NCBI GenBank assembly: GCA_009692785.1 | Contig: SHYN01000001.1 | Location: 1-46,537 of the forward strand | Source of the DNA: Chloroflexota bacterium | GTDB taxonomy: Bacteria > Chloroflexota > Limnocylindria > P2-11E | Length of the DNA: 46,537 bases | Reading direction: 5' to 3' | Part shown: positions 27,494-37,116 of the stretch, in pieces | Layout of the letters: every line of letters starts with the position of its first letter | Numbering within the stretch: position 1 is the stretch's first letter | Notes under the pieces: generated by a model | Seen by the model: only the letters and a program-made list of their open reading frames with translations | Database searches by the model: none | Told to the model about the DNA's origin: nothing | Program-made: the position numbers and the translations under genes

Positions 27494-29179
27494 ATGATCC
27501 GGCGTCGCAGCGGCCCATGGTCAATTGCAACCCTGCTGTTGATCCTCGGCCTCGTTGTCACCGCCTGCACCAGTGCCCCGGCGGCCTCGCCGCCGGCGGC
27601 TGACGTGGCCGACCCCAACGGCGAGCTCATCACGAACGCTGGCGGCGAGCCGGACACCATCGACCCCCACAAGGCCTCGTTCCAGGGCGAGATCGCCGTC
27701 ATCCTCTCGGTTTTCGAAGGGCTGATGACGCTCGATCCGGCGACGCTCAAGCCGATCCCGGCCGCCGCGGCAAAGGATCCTGAAGTTTCCGCCGACGGCC
27801 TCACCTGGAAGGTGACACTCCAGCCGGGCCTCAAGTATTCCGATGGCTCCGCGCTGACCGCCGCGAACTACGCCTACGGCTTCACCCGGACCTGCGACCC
27901 GGCCACCGCGGGCCAGTACGCGTTCGTGCTCTACACGATCGTTGGCTGCGAAGAGTGGAACGGGATGGACGTCAAGAAGGCCACGAAGGCCGAGCTCGAC
28001 GCCGCCAAGGCGAAGCTCGGCGTCAAGGCCAACTCCGTGACGGAGATCCAGTTCACCCTCAAGGAGGCGGCTCCGTACTTCAAGTCGATCCTCTACATGT
28101 GGGTCGGCATGCCGGTCCGCGAGAGCGATGTGACCAAGGGTGGCGACAAGTGGACCGAGCCGGTAACGTACATCGGCAACGGCCCCTTCAAGATGACCGA
28201 GTGGAAGCACTCTGAGAAGTTCGTCTTCGAGCGCAACGACAACTACCGCAAGCCCGCAAAGCTCAAGAAGTGGACCCGCGTCATGATCAACGAAGGCGCC
28301 GTTGCCTTCGCCGCGTACCGCAACAACGAGCTCGACGTCACCGGCGTTGGCGCCGAGGACCTCCGCACTGTCGAGGGTGACCCGGAACTCAAGGCTCAGG
28401 TCCAGGACGCCGGAGCCCTCGCGACGTTCTACTACGGCTTCAACATCACGAAGCCGCCGTTCGACGACAACAACCTGCGCCTCGCGTTCTCCAAGTCGTT
28501 CGACCGCGCGGCCTACATGCGTGACGTGCAGAAGATCGGCAAGCCCGCCGAGGGTGGCTTCATCCCGCCGGGTATGCCGGGCTACGACGCGACGGACACG
28601 ACCCAGAAGTTCGATGTCGCCGAGGCGAAGAAGCTCTTCGACGCGGCCAAGCCGGCTTCGAAGGACGCCCTCAAGGGGCTCAAGTTCACCTACTCGTCCA
28701 GCGCCCGCACGAAGACCCGCGTCGAATGGGTCACCCAGCAGTGGAAGACCAACCTCGGCGTGGACATCGCGCTCGACCCCGTTGATCGCACCGCCTACAC
28801 GGCCCTCGTGAAGCAGGCCGCGACGACGCCACAGCTCTTCTCGCTCGGGTGGATCGCGGACTTCCCCGACCAGCAGAACTGGCACACCACGGTCTGGATC
28901 TCAAAGACCGGCGTCTCGGGCAGCCGGACCGGGTACAACAACCCCGAGTTCGACAAGCTTGTTCGCGCCGCCGACAAGGAAGCCGACACAGCGAAGCGCG
29001 ATGCGGGTTACCTCGCGGCAGGGAAGATGCTCTCCAAGGACGCCCCGGCCGCCTGGATCTACTACGACGCGACCAAGTATCTGAAGAAGCCCTGGGTCAA
29101 GGGTGTCGTGAACTCCTCCGCGGACGCGGTCCTCGGCCAGTTCAAGATCGCCGAGATCTTTGTCACCAAGAAGGGCTAG
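27494..29179 (+). CDS. ABC transporter substrate-binding lipoprotein, family 5 (OppA/DppA-like)
   Basis: Lipobox 'LGLVVTAC'; 'TWKVTLQPGLKYSDGSALTAANY', 'GNGPFKMTEW' and 'GWIADFPD'. Confidence 0.88.
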   Translation: MIRRRSGPWSIATLLLILGLVVTACTSAPAASPPAADVADPNGELITNAGGEPDTIDPHKASFQGEIAVILSVFEGLMTLDPATLKPIPAAAAKDPEVSADGLTWKVTLQPGLKYSDGSALTAANYAYGFTRTCDPATAGQYAFVLYTIVGCEEWNGMDVKKATKAELDAAKAKLGVKANSVTEIQFTLKEAAPYFKSILYMWVGMPVRESDVTKGGDKWTEPVTYIGNGPFKMTEWKHSEKFVFERNDNYRKPAKLKKWTRVMINEGAVAFAAYRNNELDVTGVGAEDLRTVEGDPELKAQVQDAGALATFYYGFNITKPPFDDNNLRLAFSKSFDRAAYMRDVQKIGKPAEGGFIPPGMPGYDATDTTQKFDVAEAKKLFDAAKPASKDALKGLKFTYSSSARTKTRVEWVTQQWKTNLGVDIALDPVDRTAYTALVKQAATTPQLFSLGWIADFPDQQNWHTTVWISKTGVSGSRTGYNNPEFDKLVRAADKEADTAKRDAGYLAAGKMLSKDAPAAWIYYDATKYLKKPWVKGVVNSSADAVLGQFKIAEIFVTKKG

Positions 29180-29208
29180 CCACCGCCTCGCGTGACATGG
29201 TTCCTGAT

Positions 29209-29245
29209 GAAGGGCCGGCCGAAGGGCCGGCCCTTCGCGCTTTCC
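29209..29245 (+). terminator. GC-rich hairpin with short T-run after the binding-protein gene (attenuator/partial terminator)
   Basis: Tandem 12-mer 'gaagggccggcc' x2 (29209-29232) followed by 'cttc'. 'gaagggccggcccttc' (29221-29236) is perfectly self-complementary and is followed by 'gcgctttcc'. Confidence 0.5.
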
Positions 29246-29276
29246 GTGTATGCCGTGGGTTACGCTTCGTCCTCGG

Positions 29277-30209
29277 ATGGTCAACTACACGATCAGGCGC
29301 GTGCTTCTGATGGTCCCGACCCTCTTCTTCGTTGCCCTCATCACGTTCTCGCTCGCCCACGCGGCGCCGGGCGGGCCGTTCGACAAGGACGAGAACAAGA
29401 AGCTGCCGCAGCAGATCGAGGACAATCTCACGCGGTACTACGGCCTCGATGAGCCGCTCCCGCAGCAGTTCCTCCTGTACCTGGGGAAGGCCGTGCAGCT
29501 CGACTTCGGCAAGAGCATCCAGCGGAATCGCTCGGTCAACGAAATCATCGCTCAGGGGCTCCCGGTGACGGCCCAGCTCGGTATCCAGGCGCTGCTCCTC
29601 GCGCTGCTCATCGCCCTCCCGCTGGGCATCGTGAGCGCCCTGAAGCAGAACTCAGGAGTGGACTACGGAAGCCTCTTTCTCGCGACGATCGGCACAACGA
29701 TCCCGTCCTTCGTCATCGCGATCCTCTTTATCTACATCTTTGGGGTGTGGCTCCGTCTCTTGCCGTTCGTCGGCTGGGGTGACGGCCTCGACTTCCGTCG
29801 CATGATCATGCCGACCGTGATCCTTGCCCTGCCTGGAGCCGCGTTCCTGACGCGGATCACCCGCGCGAGCATGCTCGAGGCCCTGGGGCAGGACTACGTC
29901 CGGACCGCGCGGAGCAAGGGCCTTGCCGAGGGTACGGTCATCATCCGGCACGCCCTGAAGAACGCGCTCATCCCGGTCGCCACGATCGTCGGACCCGCAA
30001 CGGCGGGGCTCATCACGGGCTCCTTCATCATCGAGACGCTCTTCAGCATCCCGGGCATCGGACGGCTGTACATCATCAGCATCAATGCCCGCGACTACCC
30101 GATCATCATGGCGACCACCCTCTTGTACGCCTTCCTCATCGTCATCGCGAATCTGTCGGTCGACCTCGTGTACGGGGCACTCGACCCGCGGATCAAGGTG
30201 GAGGCCTAG
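29277..30209 (+). CDS. ABC transporter permease (OppB/DppB-like)
   Basis: 'MVNYTIRRVLLMVPTLFFVALITF', 'DYVRTARSKGL' and 'ALKNALIPV'. ATG 29250 is an alternative start. Confidence 0.88.
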   Translation: MVNYTIRRVLLMVPTLFFVALITFSLAHAAPGGPFDKDENKKLPQQIEDNLTRYYGLDEPLPQQFLLYLGKAVQLDFGKSIQRNRSVNEIIAQGLPVTAQLGIQALLLALLIALPLGIVSALKQNSGVDYGSLFLATIGTTIPSFVIAILFIYIFGVWLRLLPFVGWGDGLDFRRMIMPTVILALPGAAFLTRITRASMLEALGQDYVRTARSKGLAEGTVIIRHALKNALIPVATIVGPATAGLITGSFIIETLFSIPGIGRLYIISINARDYPIIMATTLLYAFLIVIANLSVDLVYGALDPRIKVEA

Positions 30210-30219
30210 AGGTGAGAAC

Positions 30220-31179
30220 GTGGCAACGCTAGCCGCGACGGCATCCGGGCGGCATCATGCCGACGCGCCCGAGCTCGCACGGAAGCAGCGCTCGCTCTGG
30301 GGCGATGCCGTCTACCGGCTCAAGCGGAATCGCGCGGTGATGGCCGCGCTTGCCGTGGTGCTGGTGGTCGCCGTGCTGGCCACCCTCGCCCCGCTCATCG
30401 CTCCATACGATCCGATCCGGCAGGACACGCCGAACTCCCTGATGGAGCCCTTCTGGGGCAATCCCAAGTTCACCCTCGCCCAGTACCCGCTCGGGAGCGA
30501 TCAGCTCGGGCGCGACATCCTGAGCCGCCTCATCTGGTCGGCGCGGATCAGTCTGCTCATCGGCTTCGTGCCGGTCACGCTCGTCTTCCTCGTCGGCGCG
30601 ACGGTCGGGATGGCCGCGGGTTTCTACGGCAGGTGGGTGGACAACTGCCTCATGCGGATCGTCGACATCATCTATGCCTTTCCGGATCTCCTCTTTCTCA
30701 TCATCATCATGGCCACGCTGCGGGGCACGTTCCTCGGGAATCTCCTCGGAGGGCTCGTGCTCATGTTCGGCGCCATCGCCGTCGTCGGCTGGGTCGGCAT
30801 GGCGCGGCTCGTTCGCGGTCAGGTGCTCTCGCTCAGGGAGAAGGAGTTCGTCGAGGCGGCCCGGGCGACGGGCGCGACCGACGGGCGGATCATGTTCCGC
30901 CACCTCTTCCCGAACACGCTCGCGCCGATCATCGTCTCGGTCGCCTTCGGCGTCCCAGGCGCCATCCTCGCCGAGGCGACGCTCTCGTTCCTGGGCATCG
31001 GGATCAAGCCGCCCACGCCGACCTGGGGGGTCATGATCAACGAGGGCTTTGTGGTCTTTTCGACCACCCCCTGGCCGGTCCTCCTGCCCGCCTTCTGCAT
31101 CTCGCTCGTCATGCTCGCCTTCACCTTCCTGGGTGACGGCCTGCGGGACGCCCTTGACCCGCGACAGCGCACGAAGTGA
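30220..31179 (+). CDS. ABC transporter permease (OppC/DppC-like)
   Basis: 'gaggtgag' SD before GTG 30220. 'PLGSDQLGRDILSRLIW', 'EFVEAARATGA' and 'TWGVMINEG'. The upstream part of the track ORF overlaps the previous gene. Confidence 0.88.
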   Translation: MATLAATASGRHHADAPELARKQRSLWGDAVYRLKRNRAVMAALAVVLVVAVLATLAPLIAPYDPIRQDTPNSLMEPFWGNPKFTLAQYPLGSDQLGRDILSRLIWSARISLLIGFVPVTLVFLVGATVGMAAGFYGRWVDNCLMRIVDIIYAFPDLLFLIIIMATLRGTFLGNLLGGLVLMFGAIAVVGWVGMARLVRGQVLSLREKEFVEAARATGATDGRIMFRHLFPNTLAPIIVSVAFGVPGAILAEATLSFLGIGIKPPTPTWGVMINEGFVVFSTTPWPVLLPAFCISLVMLAFTFLGDGLRDALDPRQRTK

Positions 31180-31203
31180 CGATTTCTGTACACTGCCCAA
31201 CCA

Positions 31204-32246
31204 GTGCCTGAACTGCTCGAGGTTAGGGACCTCCACACCCAATTCTTTACGCGGGACGGCATCGTCCGCGCGGTCGACGGTGTGTCGTTCACCCTCGCCG
31301 CCGGAGAAACGCTTGGCATCGTCGGCGAGTCGGGCTGTGGCAAGAGCGTCACCGCGCTCTCACTGATGCGGCTCATCCCGCAGCCTCCGGGCAAGATCAC
31401 GCAGGGCGAGATCCTGTTCGACGGCCGCGACGTCCTCAAGATGGACGACGACGAGGTCCGGGGGATCCGCGGCAACGCGATCGCGATGATCTTCCAGGAC
31501 CCGATGACGAGTCTCAATCCGGTGCTCACGATCAGCCGTCAGGTGAGCGAGGCGCTCGAGCTCCACCTGAAGATGGACCGGAACGAGTCGCGGAAGCGGA
31601 CCATCGAGCTCCTCGAGCTCGTGGGGATCCCCAGCGCCAAGAGCCGGCTCGATGACTACCCGCACCAGTTCTCCGGCGGGATGCGCCAGCGCGTCATGAT
31701 CGCGATGGCGCTCTCCTGCAATCCCAAGCTCATCCTCGCCGACGAGCCGACCACCGCGCTCGACGTGACGATCCAGGCCCAGATCCTTGACCTCCTGAAG
31801 AACCTTGCGCGGGAGTTCCGCACCGCGTTCATCCTCATCACGCACGACCTCGGGGTCGTGGCGGGGATGACCCAGCGGATCCACGTCATGTACGGCGGCC
31901 ATATCGTCGAGAAGGCCGACACGAACGAGCTGTTCGCCAACCCCAAGCATCCGTACACCTGGGGCCTCCTTCGCTCCATCCCGCGCCTGGACCAGACCCG
32001 ACGCGAGAAGCTCCGGCCGATCGAGGGCCTCCCGCCGGACCTCATCGCCCCGCCGCCCGGCTGCCGCTTCGCACCGCGCTGCCAGTACAAGCGCGACATC
32101 TGCGATGAGAAGCCGCCCGAGCTCGTCGCGGTCCCGAACGCGAAGGCGGATCACGAGTCGCGCTGCTGGGGCACGCAGACCGGTGGCTGGCTCACGACCA
32201 CGGACTGGCGCACCGACACGACCGTGTTCACGAAGGTGGAGGCCTG

Positions 32247-32247
<1 letters not shown>
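31204..32247 (+). CDS. ABC transporter ATP-binding protein (OppD/DppD-like) with C-terminal four-Cys segment
   Basis: Walker A 'GESGCGKS', signature 'FSGGMRQR', Walker B '[12 protein letters not shown]' and C-terminal '[15 protein letters not shown]...SRCW'. Confidence 0.92.
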
Positions 32248-33272
<1,025 letters not shown>

Positions 33273-33273
33273 C

Positions 33274-33309
33274 CCTTCCTGGCGCTCGACCTCGCCGTCG
33301 CCAGGAAGG
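33274..33309 (+). terminator. Perfect 11-bp stem-loop directly after the ATPase gene (no U-tract)
   Basis: 'ccttcctggcg' (33274-33284) pairs with 'cgccaggaagg' (33299-33309), with a 14-nt loop. Confidence 0.5.
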
Positions 33310-33459
33310 CTCTCCCCGGCTTCTGTGACCACCGACGAGCATGCCGGCGACCTTCCAACGCCTGGAAGTGCCCGTTCGGAGCGATAGGGCATCTGGGCAG
33401 CGGGCGCACGGCCTGGGGATACCATTCGCAGCACTCGCGACATGTGGAGGTAGAAAGCG

Positions 33460-35172
33460 ATGCGATCCAGATGGCGGACCATGCCCGTCCTGCTCCTCGT
33501 CGGGGCGCTCGTTGCCGCGGCCTGCGGCCAGACCGCGACCCCGGCCCCCGCCCCCAGCACCGTCGCTCCCGCGGCTGCGGCCTCGGCCGCCCCGGCTGCG
33601 GCCTCGGCCGCCCCGGCCGCGGTGGCCGGCGGTAACTTCCGCTTCGGCCAGTCCGGCGACATCTCCGCGCTCGATCCCTGGAACGTCACCGACGGCAACT
33701 CGCTCCTCGTCACGCGGCAGATCTTCGAGACCCTCGTCGATTACGAGCCGACCGGCTTCAAGATCGTCCCGAAGCTCGCCACGAAATGGGAGGCCTCGGC
33801 CGACGGCAAGACCTGGACCTTCACGCTGCGCGACGGCGTGAAGTTCCACGACGGCACCGCCTTCGACGCCGCCGCCGTCGTCACGAACTTCGACCGGGCA
33901 AAGTTCGCGAAGCACGAGCTCCGGCCCTCAAAGCCGGTCGCCGACGACTTCGCCTACTTCGGCGACATGTGGAACGGCTTCGACAACGACTCCGTCATCG
34001 CCAAGGTGGAGGCGAAGAGCGCCAACACCGTCGTGTTCACGCTCAAGACCTCGTTTGGGCCCTTCCTCGCGAATATGGCGATGAGCACGTTCGGCCTCGT
34101 CAGCCCCAAGTCGATGAAGGACGACAAGGACGGCTTCATGCTCCCGGCGACCAAGGGCGTCGCTGGGACCGGGCCGTTCACCTTCAAGCCGGGTGGCTGG
34201 CTCAAGGGCCAGTCGCTCACGCTCGACAAGAACGCGGGCTACTGGGACACCGGCAAGGTCGGCCTCGACAAGGTCACCTTCCGCTTCATCGCCGACACCG
34301 CCGCCCGCATCGCCGAGCTCAAGGCGGGCACCGTCGACGCGATCCGCGACTTCGCGCCGGCCGACCTGCCCGCGGTGAAGGCCGACCCCAATCTCCAGGT
34401 CATCCCGCGCCCGGCCTTCAACATCGCGTACGTCGGCATCAACCTTGGGATCAAGCCCTTTGACAACCTCGGTGTCCGCAAGGCCGTCGCGATGGCGATC
34501 AACAAGCAGGCGATCGCGACCGCGCTCTACGCCGGCGAGGCCAAGGTCGCCTCGCAGTTCCTCGTGCCCGGCATGGTCGGCTACGACGAGAGCGTGACCG
34601 ACTTCTATAAGTACGACGAGGCTGGCGCGAAGAAGGCTCTCGCCGACGCCGGCTTTCCGAACGGCTTCGAGACCGAGCTCTGGTACATGCCGGTCTCACG
34701 GCCGTACTACCCCGACCCGAAGAAGATCGCGGAGGCCTTCGCCTCGGATCTCGCCAAGGTCGGCATCAAGGCCGCGCTCAAGACCGAGGACTGGACCCCG
34801 TACCGCAAGGACGCACGCGAGAACAAGTTCGGCCTCTGGCTCCTCGGCTGGACCGGTGACAACGGTGACCCCGACAACTTCCTGAACGTGTTCTTCAAGC
34901 CGAAGGTCGTCGACGGCAAGGACACGCCGATCGAGGCCGGCGCGTGGTCGAACCCGCCGGCCTGGGACCTCCTCCGGAAGGCCGCGGTCGAGACCGACAA
35001 CACCAAGCGTGCTGAGCTCTACAAGCAGGTGTCGAAGATCGTCCAGACGGACGTGGCGCGCATCCCGATGTTCCACGCGAACCCGCCGACGGCCGCGTCG
35101 AAGAAGGTGTCGGGCTTCGTTCCGCACCCGACCGGTGGCGAGGCGTTCACCACGGTCAGGTTGGCGAAGTAG
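33460..35172 (+). CDS. ABC transporter substrate-binding lipoprotein, family 5, with Ala/Pro/Ser-rich tether
   Basis: Lipobox 'LVAAAC'. Linker 'APAAAASAAPAAASAAPAA' is encoded by a 21-bp tandem duplication near 33571-33615. 'TWTFTLRDGVKFHDGTAFDAAAV', 'GTGPFTFK'. 'ggagg' SD. Confidence 0.88.
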   Translation: MRSRWRTMPVLLLVGALVAAACGQTATPAPAPSTVAPAAAASAAPAAASAAPAAVAGGNFRFGQSGDISALDPWNVTDGNSLLVTRQIFETLVDYEPTGFKIVPKLATKWEASADGKTWTFTLRDGVKFHDGTAFDAAAVVTNFDRAKFAKHELRPSKPVADDFAYFGDMWNGFDNDSVIAKVEAKSANTVVFTLKTSFGPFLANMAMSTFGLVSPKSMKDDKDGFMLPATKGVAGTGPFTFKPGGWLKGQSLTLDKNAGYWDTGKVGLDKVTFRFIADTAARIAELKAGTVDAIRDFAPADLPAVKADPNLQVIPRPAFNIAYVGINLGIKPFDNLGVRKAVAMAINKQAIATALYAGEAKVASQFLVPGMVGYDESVTDFYKYDEAGAKKALADAGFPNGFETELWYMPVSRPYYPDPKKIAEAFASDLAKVGIKAALKTEDWTPYRKDARENKFGLWLLGWTGDNGDPDNFLNVFFKPKVVDGKDTPIEAGAWSNPPAWDLLRKAAVETDNTKRAELYKQVSKIVQTDVARIPMFHANPPTAASKKVSGFVPHPTGGEAFTTVRLAK

Positions 35173-35204
35173 CGAGACCCGGTAGATAGCGGAGGAGGCG
35201 GCGC

Positions 35205-36203
35205 GTGGGTAGGTACCTCGCGCGCCGTCTCCTCCTTCTCGTGCCGACGCTCCTCGGGGTGTCGGTCATCGTGTTCCTTTTCATTCGGCTCATCCCAGGC
35301 GATCCGGCGACCGCCATCCTCCGGGAGAGCGCGACCGCCGCGCAGGTGGCGGAGCTCAACGCCAAGCTGGGCTTCGATCGGCCGCTGCCGGTCCAGTACC
35401 TCGAGTACATGGGGCGGATCGTGCGCGGCGACCTTGGTGAGAGCTTCCACACCCGCCTCACGGTCGTCGATCAGCTGAAGCAAAAGCTCCCCGCCACGAT
35501 GGAGCTCGCGCTGTCGGCGATGATCATCGCGACCGTGGCCGGCGTGTTGCTCGGCATCCTCGCTGCGATGCGGCGCGGCTCGATCCTCGACTACGGCACG
35601 ATGACACTTGCGCTCGTGGGCGTCTCGATGCCGATCTTCTGGCTCGGGCTGATGCTCATCTACGCGTTCGCCGTGAATCTCCATTGGCTCCCGCCCTCGA
35701 CGCGCGGCGAGCCGCCGGAGCTCGTGCGGACTGGTCTCTACACCCTGGACTACCTCGCGGCGCTCGATGCGAACGGCTTTCTCGACACCCTTCGCCATCT
35801 CGCCCTCCCCGGGTTCGTGCTCGCGACGGTCCCGCTCGCGGTCATCGCGCGGCAGACCCGCTCGGCGATGCTCGAGGTGCTCGGTCAGGACTTCGTCCGC
35901 ACCGCACGCTCGAAGGGCCTGCGCCAGCAGACGGTCATCGCACGGCACGTCCTGAAGAACGCGATGCTGCCGGTCATCACCGTCGTCGGCCTCCAGACCG
36001 GCGCGCTCCTCTCCGGGGCCGTGCTGACGGAGACCGTGTTCTCCTGGCCGGGCATGGGGACGTACGTGCTCGAGGCGATTCTCGCCCGCGACTACACGGT
36101 CGTGCAATCCGTCGTGCTCGTGTTCGCCTTCATCTTCGTCATGGTGAACCTCATCGTCGATCTCTCGTACGCCTGGCTCGACCCGCGGATCAAGTACGCG
36201 TGA
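35205..36203 (+). CDS. ABC transporter permease (DppB-like)
   Basis: 'ggaggagg' SD, GTG start; 'YLARRLLLLVPTLLGVSVIVF', 'DFVRTARSKGL'. Confidence 0.88.
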   Translation: MGRYLARRLLLLVPTLLGVSVIVFLFIRLIPGDPATAILRESATAAQVAELNAKLGFDRPLPVQYLEYMGRIVRGDLGESFHTRLTVVDQLKQKLPATMELALSAMIIATVAGVLLGILAAMRRGSILDYGTMTLALVGVSMPIFWLGLMLIYAFAVNLHWLPPSTRGEPPELVRTGLYTLDYLAALDANGFLDTLRHLALPGFVLATVPLAVIARQTRSAMLEVLGQDFVRTARSKGLRQQTVIARHVLKNAMLPVITVVGLQTGALLSGAVLTETVFSWPGMGTYVLEAILARDYTVVQSVVLVFAFIFVMVNLIVDLSYAWLDPRIKYA

Positions 36204-37102
36204 GCATACGGAGCGGCGCGCTCACGATCCCGCCCGGGCCGCTCGTGCGACCCCAGACCTCGCTTTGGCGCGATGCGGTCGGGCGGCTTGCCCGGCACCG
36301 CGGCGCGCAGGTTGGGCTCTTCGTCGTGGGCGGCCTCCTCCTGCTCGCGCTCTTCGCCGAAGGCCTCGGCGTCGCCGACCCGAACACGACGTTCCTGACC
36401 GAGACGCTCCGCCCGCCGCTCGCGGGCGGACACCTCATGGGCACCGACGATCTCGGTCGCGACGTCTTCACCCGCGTCATGCACGGGGCCCGGACGTCGC
36501 TTCGGGTGGGGGTCGTCGCAGTCGGCATCGCGGTCGCATCCGGTTCGCTCATCGGTTTCACCGCCGGCTACTTCGGCCGGTGGTGGGACTCCTTTGCGAT
36601 GCGCGTCATGGACATCGTCCTGTCGTTCCCGACGATCCTGCTCGCGATCGCGATCGTGGCGCTGCGCGGTCCCGGGATCTTCAACACCATGCTCGCGATC
36701 GGGGTCGTGGCGATCCCCGCCTATGCGCGGATCACGCGCGCGAGCGCGCTCACGCTCCGCGGCCAGGAGTTCGTCACGGCCGCGCGGAGCGTCGGCGCGC
36801 CCGAGGTCCGCATCCTCCTCCGTCACGTCGTGCCGAATTCGCTCTCGCCGCTCATCGTGCAGGCGACCCTCGGCATCGCCACCGCCATCCTGAACGCCGC
36901 GGCGCTCGGCTTCCTCGGACTCGGTGCGCAGCCGCCCGACGTAGAGTGGGGGGCGATGCTCGTCGATTCGGTCCGGTACCTCTTCCAGGGCTCGTGGTGG
37001 GCGCTCATGTTCCCCGGCTTCGCGATCATGCTCACCGTCATCGGCTTCAACCTCATCGGCGATGGGTTGCGCGACGCGCTCGACGTCCGGATCAAGGATT
37101 AG
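36200..37102 (+). CDS. ABC transporter permease (DppC-like)
   Basis: GTG 36200 lies in a GTGA overlap. 'HLMGTDDLGRDVFTRVMHG', 'EFVTAARSVGA' and 'EWGAMLVDS'. Confidence 0.88.
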   Translation: MSIRSGALTIPPGPLVRPQTSLWRDAVGRLARHRGAQVGLFVVGGLLLLALFAEGLGVADPNTTFLTETLRPPLAGGHLMGTDDLGRDVFTRVMHGARTSLRVGVVAVGIAVASGSLIGFTAGYFGRWWDSFAMRVMDIVLSFPTILLAIAIVALRGPGIFNTMLAIGVVAIPAYARITRASALTLRGQEFVTAARSVGAPEVRILLRHVVPNSLSPLIVQATLGIATAILNAAALGFLGLGAQPPDVEWGAMLVDSVRYLFQGSWWALMFPGFAIMLTVIGFNLIGDGLRDALDVRIKD

Positions 37103-37116
37103 CTGAGCTGAACGTC

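Noticed and set aside
33571-33615. 21-bp tandem repeat 'gctgcggcctcggccgccccg' x2, checked as a possible CRISPR or minisatellite.
   Set aside because: There are only two copies, they are in frame, and they encode the Ala/Pro/Ser tether (AAASAAP x2) of a lipoprotein. It is a coding low-complexity duplication and not an array.
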